Shown: piece after piece, positions 10,106 to 18,177 of the stretch
How positions within the stretch are numbered: position 1 is the stretch's first letter
Layout: the number at the start of each line of letters is the position of its first letter
From: an uncultured Pelagibacteraceae bacterium
GTDB lineage: Bacteria; Pseudomonadota; Alphaproteobacteria; Pelagibacterales; Pelagibacteraceae
Length of the DNA stretch: 63,391 nucleotides
Direction of reading: 5' to 3'
NCBI GenBank assembly: GCA_902514605.1
Contig: CABXRL010000001.1
Coordinates: 1 to 63,391 of the forward strand
The notes under the pieces: generated by a model
Told to the model about the DNA's origin: nothing
What the model saw: only the letters and a program-made list of their open reading frames with translations
The model's database searches: none
Program-made: the position numbers and the translations under genes

Positions 10106-12502
10106 TTAAGCAACCATACTTTCTGCTTTTTGTAAATCAACTGCAACTAATTGGCTTATACCTTTTTCAGGCATTGTGACACCGTAAAGTCTATTCATTT
10201 TAGACATTGTTAAAGCATGATGGGTTACAATTATAAATTTCGTACTAGTGGTGCTTATCAACTCCTCTAACAAGTTACAAAACCTGGTGACATTTGCATC
10301 GTCTAATGGTGCGTCTACCTCATCAAGCACACAGATTGGAGATGGATTTGTCAAAAAAACAGCAAAAATTAATGATAAAGCAGTTAAGGCTTGCTCACCT
10401 CCAGACAGCAAAGTTATTGATTGGAGTCTTTTTCCAGGTGGACTAACTAACATTTCAAGTCCAGCCTCAAGAGGATCTTCAGAGTCGATAAGTTCTAATT
10501 TTGCATTACCGCCATTAAACAGCTTTGTATAAACGTTATTAAATTTACGATTAACTTTTTCAAAAGCATCTAATAATCTCTCTCTTCCCTTTTGATTAAG
10601 TTCTTGAATACTATCCTTTAATTTTGAAATGGCAGTGACCAAATCAGACCTGTCCTCTTCCATCTTTTTAATTTCAGATTCATATTTACTTGTTTCCTCG
10701 TCTGCTTTTAAATTTACAGAGCCAAACCTTTCTCTCTCTTGTTTCTTTTTATCTAATAAATCTTCCTGGATAACAGCGTCTGGTAGATCCTCTACTCCAA
10801 ACAGATTGGAATTTTCTAAAATATTTTCTTCCATTAAACTAAGCTCCGAGTTTATTCTATCTATCAAATCATCTTTTCTTTTCTTTAAACCCTCTATTGT
10901 TGCGCTTGAACTTGCCTTACGTTCTCTAATCTGAATAGATTGTTCTTGTATTTCATCTAATTGCATTCTGAGTGTCTCAATTTTTTCATCGGTGTTACTG
11001 ATAACAGATTCATTTTCATTTTTTTCTTTTTCAGAAATTCTTAAATTTTCGGAGATTTGACCTTTTTTTTCAGCCTGTAGTTTTGGTTGACCATCTAATT
11101 TATCTAGTTGATTATTTAATTTATCTTTTCTGCCAACTAATTCATTTACCATTTTTTCAGAGTTAGATAAAAGATTTTTCCAGCTTTCAATTTCTTTTTC
11201 AATAATACTTATTCTTTCATTTCTTTTTATCGAGTCCTTTTTGATGTTTTGGTTCTTGCTGAAACTATTCGCGTACTCATCAATTAATAATTTAGAATTT
11301 TCCAGTACACTAGTTGCATTTTCTTTCTCATTTTGGTTTATCAATTCCTTTATCTTTTCAATTTCTTGATACAAATTACTTCTAGTGTTATCCAAATCTT
11401 CATTAGATTTTTTTTCAGTTTCATAGTATTTTGAGTCGATCTCAATAAGATCATTTTTTTCTTCTTTTAATCTTTTTTCGTTTGAGTTTGCATCGATAAT
11501 AATTCCTTTTTCTCTATTAATATCATCATCTAATATCTCCATTGTTTTTTTTATATTTTCTATCTCATCTTGAATTCTCGTATTTTCTTTATCTAAACCT
11601 TGAAGCTCTAAATTAAGTCTTTGAATTCTAGATAAACTCTCAATATTTTTTTCTCTCAAAGGGGTTACTTTGTCTGTTTCTAGCTTTATCATATTTTCAA
11701 TTTCAGAAATTCTGTCATTAAAACCACTTACTTCTCCTTCAGCTTCTGAATTAATTTCTGTTTCAACACGAATTTCTTTATCGATTTCTATTAATTTTAA
11801 GTAATATAAACCAGCCTCTATTTTTTTGATTTCATCAGAAATATTTTTGTATTTGGTTGCTTCTTCGGCTTGCTTTTTTAGATTTGCAAGCTGTTTCTCT
11901 TGTTGTCTCCTCAATTCATCTGCCCTTTTCAAATTATTTTCTGCAGCATTTAATCTTAATTCAGCCTCATGCCGTCGAACATGCAAACCTGATATTCCCG
12001 CTGCCTCTTCTAGAATTGCTCTTCTATCGGTTGGTTTTGCAGTCACTAGGGCACCTATACGACCCTGGCTGATCATTGACGGTGAATGAGCGCCAGTTGA
12101 TAAGTCAGCAAAAAACATCTGTGCATCCCTTGCTCTCACTTCTTTATCGTTGATGTAAAATTTTGAACCTTTGTCCTTCTCAATTTTTCTTCTAACATTT
12201 ATTTCATCTAAATCTTTATATTGCATAGGACCTTCATTAGTTTGTTTTGAGACAGTAACTGAAACTTCTGCAATATTTTTAGAGGGCTTGTTTGAAGTGC
12301 CAGAAAATATAACATCTTCCATTCCAGAGCCACGCATACTTTTTGCAGATGTCTCGCCCATAACCCACCTTAGAGACTCAACAATATTAGATTTTCCACA
12401 ACCATTTGGCCCAACTATTCCAGTCAAACCATCCTCAATCATAAAATTTGTTTTATCAGCAAATGATTTAAATCCATTGAGCTGGATTTTTTTAAAGTCC
12501 AT
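10106..12502 (-). CDS. smc: chromosome segregation ATPase Smc (short, apparently hinge-less)
   Basis: GFKSF, Walker A GPNGCGKSN, Q-loop ISQG, signature LSGGE, Walker B CVLDEVDAPLD; only 798 aa. Confidence 0.93.
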   Translation of the reverse strand: MDFKKIQLNGFKSFADKTNFMIEDGLTGIVGPNGCGKSNIVESLRWVMGETSAKSMRGSGMEDVIFSGTSNKPSKNIAEVSVTVSKQTNEGPMQYKDLDEINVRRKIEKDKGSKFYINDKEVRARDAQMFFADLSTGAHSPSMISQGRIGALVTAKPTDRRAILEEAAGISGLHVRRHEAELRLNAAENNLKRADELRRQQEKQLANLKKQAEEATKYKNISDEIKKIEAGLYYLKLIEIDKEIRVETEINSEAEGEVSGFNDRISEIENMIKLETDKVTPLREKNIESLSRIQRLNLELQGLDKENTRIQDEIENIKKTMEILDDDINREKGIIIDANSNEKRLKEEKNDLIEIDSKYYETEKKSNEDLDNTRSNLYQEIEKIKELINQNEKENATSVLENSKLLIDEYANSFSKNQNIKKDSIKRNERISIIEKEIESWKNLLSNSEKMVNELVGRKDKLNNQLDKLDGQPKLQAEKKGQISENLRISEKEKNENESVISNTDEKIETLRMQLDEIQEQSIQIRERKASSSATIEGLKKRKDDLIDRINSELSLMEENILENSNLFGVEDLPDAVIQEDLLDKKKQERERFGSVNLKADEETSKYESEIKKMEEDRSDLVTAISKLKDSIQELNQKGRERLLDAFEKVNRKFNNVYTKLFNGGNAKLELIDSEDPLEAGLEMLVSPPGKRLQSITLLSGGEQALTALSLIFAVFLTNPSPICVLDEVDAPLDDANVTRFCNLLEELISTTSTKFIIVTHHALTMSKMNRLYGVTMPEKGISQLVAVDLQKAESMVA

Positions 12503-12510
12503 GAATCAAC

Positions 12511-13086
12511 TTATATCAGTTTTTCCAGTGATTTTTTTAAATTTTTGTAATTAAGAGATTTATCAAACCTTTTATTATTGATTATTATCGCAGGAGTAGA
12601 ATTTACTTTAAATTTTTTAGCCCCTTCGATTCGATCATTTAAAACGAAATCTTCGATTTTTTTATCGTTAATGCACTTTTCGAAATCAATTTTGTAACCT
12701 TCCTTTTCAATAAATTTTTTGAGATTATCATTTAATTCGATGACAGTTTTGCCTTTGACCCAGCCTTGTTGATTAGCATATAAGCTCTCTAAAATTTCTA
12801 AACTTTGTTTTTGATTACATTGAGCAACCTTTGAGGCATTAAAAGCTGCAGCATCTAAAGGGAAGTGTCTAAATTCAATTTTTACTAAACCAGGATCAAT
12901 AAAATCCTTTTTAAGCTGAGGATAAATATTTTTATGAAAATCAGCACAATGACTACAAGTTAAAGATTCATATGCGATAATTGTAATCTTAGCATTTTCT
13001 TTTCCTGAAGTAATTCTTATGGGCTCAGCACTTGAACCACTAAACAATCCAAAAAATACAATAAAAATAAATAAAATTTTTTTCAT
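12511..13086 (-). CDS. DsbA-family thiol:disulfide oxidoreductase
   Basis: Signal peptide, SLTCSHCADF CxxC, RHFPLD, STP cis-Pro loop. Confidence 0.88.
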   Translation of the reverse strand: MKKILFIFIVFFGLFSGSSAEPIRITSGKENAKITIIAYESLTCSHCADFHKNIYPQLKKDFIDPGLVKIEFRHFPLDAAAFNASKVAQCNQKQSLEILESLYANQQGWVKGKTVIELNDNLKKFIEKEGYKIDFEKCINDKKIEDFVLNDRIEGAKKFKVNSTPAIIINNKRFDKSLNYKNLKKSLEKLI

Positions 13087-13571
13087 TTTTCTCTGAATAT
13101 TTTAGTTAATTCCATTAAAGACTTTTTAATTTTATCATTTTTAATATCTCTAATTCTGTTATTAAACTTATCTTTTGTCACACTGAGATTTAATTTGTCT
13201 TCTTCATTAACAATTTTTTCTTCATCATCAAAACTGGTAAATTTTATTTTTTCGATAATTTTATCATTAAAAAAACCATTCATCCTGTCCATTATTTTTT
13301 TTTTTGAGTATTCTAAATCGACTTCATGTCCTCTTTTGACCATTATCAACAATGTACCTACTCCAAACTTATTAGAATTTTTATAAGATTTTGGATAACA
13401 AAATTTAAACAAATTTTCACCCACGATATACTTCCAGTTATTCAAAGTTTCAGAATAAACATGACCTCTTTTATTTATTACTTTTTTGATATTTTTTGGC
13501 AAAGTGTCTTTAAAAGATCTTAATCCTTGAATGCTCCCATTTCTGTGCTTAGTATATTTTTTAAATTGCAT
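13083..13571 (-). CDS. DUF721/DciA-family protein (putative helicase loader)
   Basis: NNWKYIVG and LEYSKKKIMDRMNGFF resemble DUF721; mutY<>DUF721-dsbA-smc order is typical of alphaproteobacteria. Confidence 0.75.
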   Translation of the reverse strand: MQFKKYTKHRNGSIQGLRSFKDTLPKNIKKVINKRGHVYSETLNNWKYIVGENLFKFCYPKSYKNSNKFGVGTLLIMVKRGHEVDLEYSKKKIMDRMNGFFNDKIIEKIKFTSFDDEEKIVNEEDKLNLSVTKDKFNNRIRDIKNDKIKKSLMELTKIFREK

Positions 13572-14552
13572 ATGAAAGAACCATTAATAACAAAAAAAAT
13601 TCTTAAATGGTATGATTTAAATAAGAGATCATTGCCATGGCGAAAAAAAGTTCCTGTTCAGAAAAAACAATATTTTACTTTAGTTAGTGAGTTTATGCTG
13701 CAACAAACACAGGTTGTAACAGTAATACCCTATTTTAATAAATTTATAAAAGAAGTTCCAAATCTCAAAGCTCTTTCTCAAGTACAAAATAAAAAATTAA
13801 TTAAGCTTTGGGAGGGTCTTGGCTATTACTCCAGAGCAAAAAATTTAAAAAAAACTGCGCAATTAATAATTAAGAATTTCAAAGGAAAATTACCTAACGA
13901 TTTTGAACTTTTAATGTCTTTACCCGGTATTGGAAATTATACAGCAAGCGCTATCCTCGCTATAGCATTTAATAAACCATTTATCCCATTGGATGGAAAT
14001 ATTGAGAGAGTTTTAAAAAGATACTTATATCTTAAAAAAGATAAAGAAATTCAAAAAGATGTTATTTCTGAAAAAAAGTCAGTATTCGGCATATCATCAA
14101 GGTCAAGTGATTATGCGCAAGCTTTAATGGAATTAGGAGCATTAATTTGTAAACCAATTAATCCTGAATGCAATCGATGTCCAGTTTCAAAAAGTTGTAA
14201 ATCTCTAAAAAAAAATGATTTTAATTTATCAAAACTCAAAAAAAAAAATAAAGATAAATATTTTATTTTAAAGGTTTATAAAAAAGATAAAAAATTCCTA
14301 TTAATTAAAAATACTAAGTTTAATTTTTTAAAAAATTTAACTATTTTTCCTATGGAAGAATTAATCGAACCAAAAAACTTTGATGAAAATTTTAAATTCA
14401 AAATGTCAAATATGAATATGAGTATTAAAATAAAATACTTGAAAAATACTAAAAGACCTCCTTCATCTTATTGGTTTGATAAGGAAAAATTAGATAAATA
14501 CGTTCTTCCAACATTTACAAAAAAAATAGTCAAATACATAGAAAGAAATTAA
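13572..14552 (+). CDS. mutY: A/G-specific adenine glycosylase
   Basis: RSLPWR, VSEFMLQQTQV, WEGLGYYSRA, HhH LPGIGNYTA, CKPINPECNRCPVSKSC Fe-S motif; ATG at 13572. Confidence 0.94.
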   Translation: MKEPLITKKILKWYDLNKRSLPWRKKVPVQKKQYFTLVSEFMLQQTQVVTVIPYFNKFIKEVPNLKALSQVQNKKLIKLWEGLGYYSRAKNLKKTAQLIIKNFKGKLPNDFELLMSLPGIGNYTASAILAIAFNKPFIPLDGNIERVLKRYLYLKKDKEIQKDVISEKKSVFGISSRSSDYAQALMELGALICKPINPECNRCPVSKSCKSLKKNDFNLSKLKKKNKDKYFILKVYKKDKKFLLIKNTKFNFLKNLTIFPMEELIEPKNFDENFKFKMSNMNMSIKIKYLKNTKRPPSSYWFDKEKLDKYVLPTFTKKIVKYIERN

Positions 14553-15694
14553 TGAAAAAAATAGCTATTATTGGAGCTGGAATTTCAGGACTATTTATTG
14601 CAAATTTATTTAAAAAAAATTTAAATTATCAAATTTCAATATATGAAAAAAACGAACAAATTGATTTAGATCAGGGGTATGGAATTCAATTGTCTGTGAA
14701 TAGTGTAAAACTTTTGAATCAAATAGAGTTTGATAAATTTAAAAATGATAAAAAGTTTAATCCAGATAAAATTAATTTTTACTCAATCAATAACACGAAA
14801 AAGATATGTGATTTAAATATTTCAGATTTTAATGAAGAAGATTGTAAGTATACCACTATGAAAAGGTCTGATTTAGTTAATTTTTTAAAAACAGACACAG
14901 AGGACTTAATTAAAACCAATCATAGTATTTCTAGGATAGATCAAGTAGATCAAAAGATTAAACTTACATTTGAAAACAATAAATCTTTTGAATGTGATTA
15001 CTTAATTGTCTCTGATGGAATATTTTCAAAGAGTAAAAAACTTATTTCAAACAATAAAAATCAAGTGAGATATAATAAAACTTTGGCCATTAGAGGAATG
15101 ATTCCCAGTTCCTCAAAAATGGATTGTAAAAATATTTCTTTGTTTTTGGGTCCTGATTTTCATCATGTCATCTATCCTGTAAATTCAAATAGAGATTTAA
15201 ATTTTATTGCAATAATGAAATATAATCTTTCATTAAATGAACAAAAAAACTATTCATTATTTAATGATGAAAATTTTATCAAAAAGATTTTAGATAATGT
15301 ACCCTTAGAAATGAAAGAGTTTTTAGATGAAATTGAGCAAATAAAAATATTTCCAATATATGTGAGTGACAATTTTTTTAAAACAAGTAATGACAAAGTT
15401 CATTTCATAGGTGATGCCTTTTTCGCTTTTCCTCCCTCATTTGCTCAAGGAGCATCTCAGTCTATAGAGAGTGCTTATGAATTATTTAAAAGTATAGAAA
15501 ATAATACAGAGAGTGATTTTTATAAAATAAGAGTTAATAAAACAAAAATGGTTAACACAAGATCAAAACTTAATCAGTTTGCATTTCATTTATCTAACCC
15601 TTTAACCACATTTTTAAGAAATATTTTTTTGAAAAAATTAGTTAAAAACAAAAAATTTTTAGAAAGTTATTTGGGAAAAATTTATAATAATTAA
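14552..15694 (+). CDS. FAD-dependent monooxygenase (salicylate hydroxylase/UbiH-like superfamily)
   Basis: IIGAGISG, SDG, IGDA..FPPSFAQGASQSIE motifs. Confidence 0.8.
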   Translation: MKKIAIIGAGISGLFIANLFKKNLNYQISIYEKNEQIDLDQGYGIQLSVNSVKLLNQIEFDKFKNDKKFNPDKINFYSINNTKKICDLNISDFNEEDCKYTTMKRSDLVNFLKTDTEDLIKTNHSISRIDQVDQKIKLTFENNKSFECDYLIVSDGIFSKSKKLISNNKNQVRYNKTLAIRGMIPSSSKMDCKNISLFLGPDFHHVIYPVNSNRDLNFIAIMKYNLSLNEQKNYSLFNDENFIKKILDNVPLEMKEFLDEIEQIKIFPIYVSDNFFKTSNDKVHFIGDAFFAFPPSFAQGASQSIESAYELFKSIENNTESDFYKIRVNKTKMVNTRSKLNQFAFHLSNPLTTFLRNIFLKKLVKNKKFLESYLGKIYNN

Positions 15695-16761
15695 CTATTA
15701 GAAATTAATCTTTGTCTCAATCGATCAATGGGAACTGCTCGACCATCTAAATTATAGTGCCAATAAGTCCAGCCATTACAGCTTTCAGCACCCAAAATTG
15801 TTGCAGCCACTTTATGAATTGAGCCTTCCGTTTGAGCATGTTTGATGCTACCATCAGCCATTATTTTTGCACTTATTTTCTTTTTATTATCAAAAATAGT
15901 AGAACCTGGTTTGATTATTCCTAATTCAACCAATGAACCAAAAGGTATTCTTGGTTTTGATCTGTTGTTTTGCAGAGTATCTAAATAATTATTTTCTATA
16001 GGATTTGTTTTTTTTAATCTTTGCTCTGCAGCTTTAAAATAGGTTTTTTCTTTTTCAATTCCATAATAATTTCTTCCTAGTTTTTTTGCAACTGCTGCTG
16101 TTGTTCCAGATCCTAAAAAAGGATCCAAAATTAAATCTTCTTTATTTGAAGTAGCTAACAAAATTCTATGAAGTAGAGCCTCAGGTTTTTGTGTTGAATG
16201 AACTTTTTTACCATTCTTTTTAAGTCTTTCTGAGCCGCTACAAATAGGTAACTCCCAGTTGGACCTCATTTGAAGGTCGTCATTTAAACATTTTAAAGAT
16301 TGATAATTAAAAGTGTATTTTGATTTTTCAGATTTTGAAGCCCAAATCAAAGTTTCATGAGCATTGGTAAAACGAGTTCCTCTAAAATTAGGCATGGGAT
16401 TCTTTTTGTTCCAAATAACATCATTCAAAATCCAAAAACCTAAATTTTGAATTGCTGTACCAACTCTAAAAATATTGTGATAACTTCCAATTACCCAGAG
16501 AGCTCCATTTTTTTTTAAAATTCTTTTACACTCGCTTAACCATGAATAAGTAAAATCATCATATTTTTCGAAATTTTCAAATTGATCCCATTTATCATTA
16601 ACCGCACTAACTTTAGACCTATCCGGTCTTGTAAGTTCACTTTTTAATTGCAGATTGTAGGGAGGGTCCGCGAAAATTAAATCAAAAGCTTCATCAGGAA
16701 TTTTTTTTAGCTCCTTTAAACTATCTCCATTAATTAATTTATTTTTTAGGCTTAAATTCAT
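15691..16761 (-). CDS. ccrM: GANTC N6-adenine DNA methyltransferase
   Basis: FADPPYNLQL, IGSYHNIFRVG, NPMPNFRGTRFTNAHE, HSTQKPEALL, DPFLGSGTT, C-terminal SCNGWTYW; next to rnhB. Confidence 0.95.
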   Translation of the reverse strand: MNLSLKNKLINGDSLKELKKIPDEAFDLIFADPPYNLQLKSELTRPDRSKVSAVNDKWDQFENFEKYDDFTYSWLSECKRILKKNGALWVIGSYHNIFRVGTAIQNLGFWILNDVIWNKKNPMPNFRGTRFTNAHETLIWASKSEKSKYTFNYQSLKCLNDDLQMRSNWELPICSGSERLKKNGKKVHSTQKPEALLHRILLATSNKEDLILDPFLGSGTTAAVAKKLGRNYYGIEKEKTYFKAAEQRLKKTNPIENNYLDTLQNNRSKPRIPFGSLVELGIIKPGSTIFDNKKKISAKIMADGSIKHAQTEGSIHKVAATILGAESCNGWTYWHYNLDGRAVPIDRLRQRLISNS

Positions 16762-16778
16762 TTTATAAAAATAAATTA

Positions 16779-16801
16779 GACTCCAAAAAGATTCTGGGGT
16801 C
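16779..16801 (-). promoter_or_regulatory. two GANTC sites within an imperfect inverted repeat in the ccrM leader
   Basis: GACTC at 16779 and GATTC at 16790 inside GACTCCA-AAAAGATTC-TGGGGTC. Confidence 0.5.
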
Positions 16802-16880
16802 AACCTAGGATTGAATTATTTGAACCTGATATGTGTATTTTTTTTTTAAGACAACAAGATATTGTGCTTCTACGTGAAAC

Positions 16881-17441
16881 TTATTTAAAACTGATAATTG
16901 TATTAAAAGTATTTCTATGATGCTTGGTAACTCCAAGTTTTTTTATTGCTTTTAAATGTTGCATTGTTCCATAACCAAAATTTCGATCCCAATAATAGCC
17001 ACTAAACTTTTTTGACAAATTTGTTATCATTTTATCTCGAGAAACCTTAGCAATAATTGAAGCTGCAGATATGCATGGTATTTTTCGGTCTCCCTTTATT
17101 ACAGCCTTAAGATGATAATTTCTTATTTTTGGCAATTTATTTCCATCAATTAAAATCAAGTGAGGTTTTTTTTTTAATTTTTTTATTGCTCTTTTCATAG
17201 CAAGTAAACTAGCTTGTAAAATATTTATTTTTTCAATTTCTATCACTGATGCTCTACCCACAGCCCAAATTGAATTTTTTTTGATATATTTGGATAATGC
17301 TTCTCTTTTTGATTTGTTTAAACTTTTAGAATCTTTTAATAATTTCTTATCTATAGATTTATTTAATATCACTGCAGCAGCATAAACTGGTCCAATTAAA
17401 CTTCCTCGTCCAACCTCGTCAACTCCTGCAATGAATCTCAT
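16881..17441 (-). CDS. rnhB: ribonuclease HII
   Basis: GVDEVGRG, LKDSK, LIDGN, ISAASIIAKVSRD, GYGT. Confidence 0.96.
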   Translation of the reverse strand: MRFIAGVDEVGRGSLIGPVYAAAVILNKSIDKKLLKDSKSLNKSKREALSKYIKKNSIWAVGRASVIEIEKINILQASLLAMKRAIKKLKKKPHLILIDGNKLPKIRNYHLKAVIKGDRKIPCISAASIIAKVSRDKMITNLSKKFSGYYWDRNFGYGTMQHLKAIKKLGVTKHHRNTFNTIISFK

Positions 17442-18166
17442 TAAAATTTAATATTTAATTCCTCAATTTTTCTTTTTATTCTTTTTAAATCTTCCCATGA
17501 AGATCTTTTATTATCAGGGAATCTAATTAAGTAAGACGGACTAAAGGTAATGATTAGAGGGTAGGTTTTGTTGTTAAGAATTATTTCTTTCCAACTCCCT
17601 TTTTCTAAAGAAACTTTATCATTAATACCTGTTACAGCCTCCATAGCTGTACTTCCCATTAAAATAATAATTTTTGGATTTATAATTGAGATATGCTCTT
17701 TGATAAAAATTGAATATCTTCTTATTTCTTTACTAGTCGGTTTTCTATCATTAGGAGGTCTAAAATTTATCGAGTATGATGTGTATATTTTTTCTTTTTC
17801 AATATTTATGGCTGCTAACATTTTTTTTAATAATTCGCCGACACCTCCCTGATAAGAATAACCAGAACTATCTTCTATTTCCCCTGGTGTTTCGCCAATT
17901 AACATAACTGGACTATTGATATTCCCATCTCCCAAGACAAGATTTTTTGCATTATCCTTTAGATTACAATCTTCAATTGAATTAATTTTTCTTTTAAGTT
18001 CCTCGAGCATTGTCCTTTTGTCTAAATTTTGGTCAACTTTTTCCTTAATATTCTTATCAATTTCAAATCTATTTATAGGTTTATTTTCAAAAATAAAATT
18101 GGGCTCAATTATATCAATTAATTCTTGAACATATTTGGCATTTTGATTTAAGCCTTTTTTAGTCAT
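17441..18166 (-). CDS. uracil-DNA glycosylase family 4-like protein (degenerate motifs)
   Basis: MLIGETPG motif A, RPPNDRKPT, ILMGSTA, TFSPSYLIR, WEDL. Confidence 0.8.
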   Translation of the reverse strand: MTKKGLNQNAKYVQELIDIIEPNFIFENKPINRFEIDKNIKEKVDQNLDKRTMLEELKRKINSIEDCNLKDNAKNLVLGDGNINSPVMLIGETPGEIEDSSGYSYQGGVGELLKKMLAAINIEKEKIYTSYSINFRPPNDRKPTSKEIRRYSIFIKEHISIINPKIIILMGSTAMEAVTGINDKVSLEKGSWKEIILNNKTYPLIITFSPSYLIRFPDNKRSSWEDLKRIKRKIEELNIKF

Positions 18167-18177
18167 ACACTACAGAA

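Noticed and set aside
15691-16761. DNA methyltransferase as part of a restriction-modification or defence system
   Set aside because: Sequence and rnhB linkage identify the orphan housekeeping CcrM; no adjacent endonuclease
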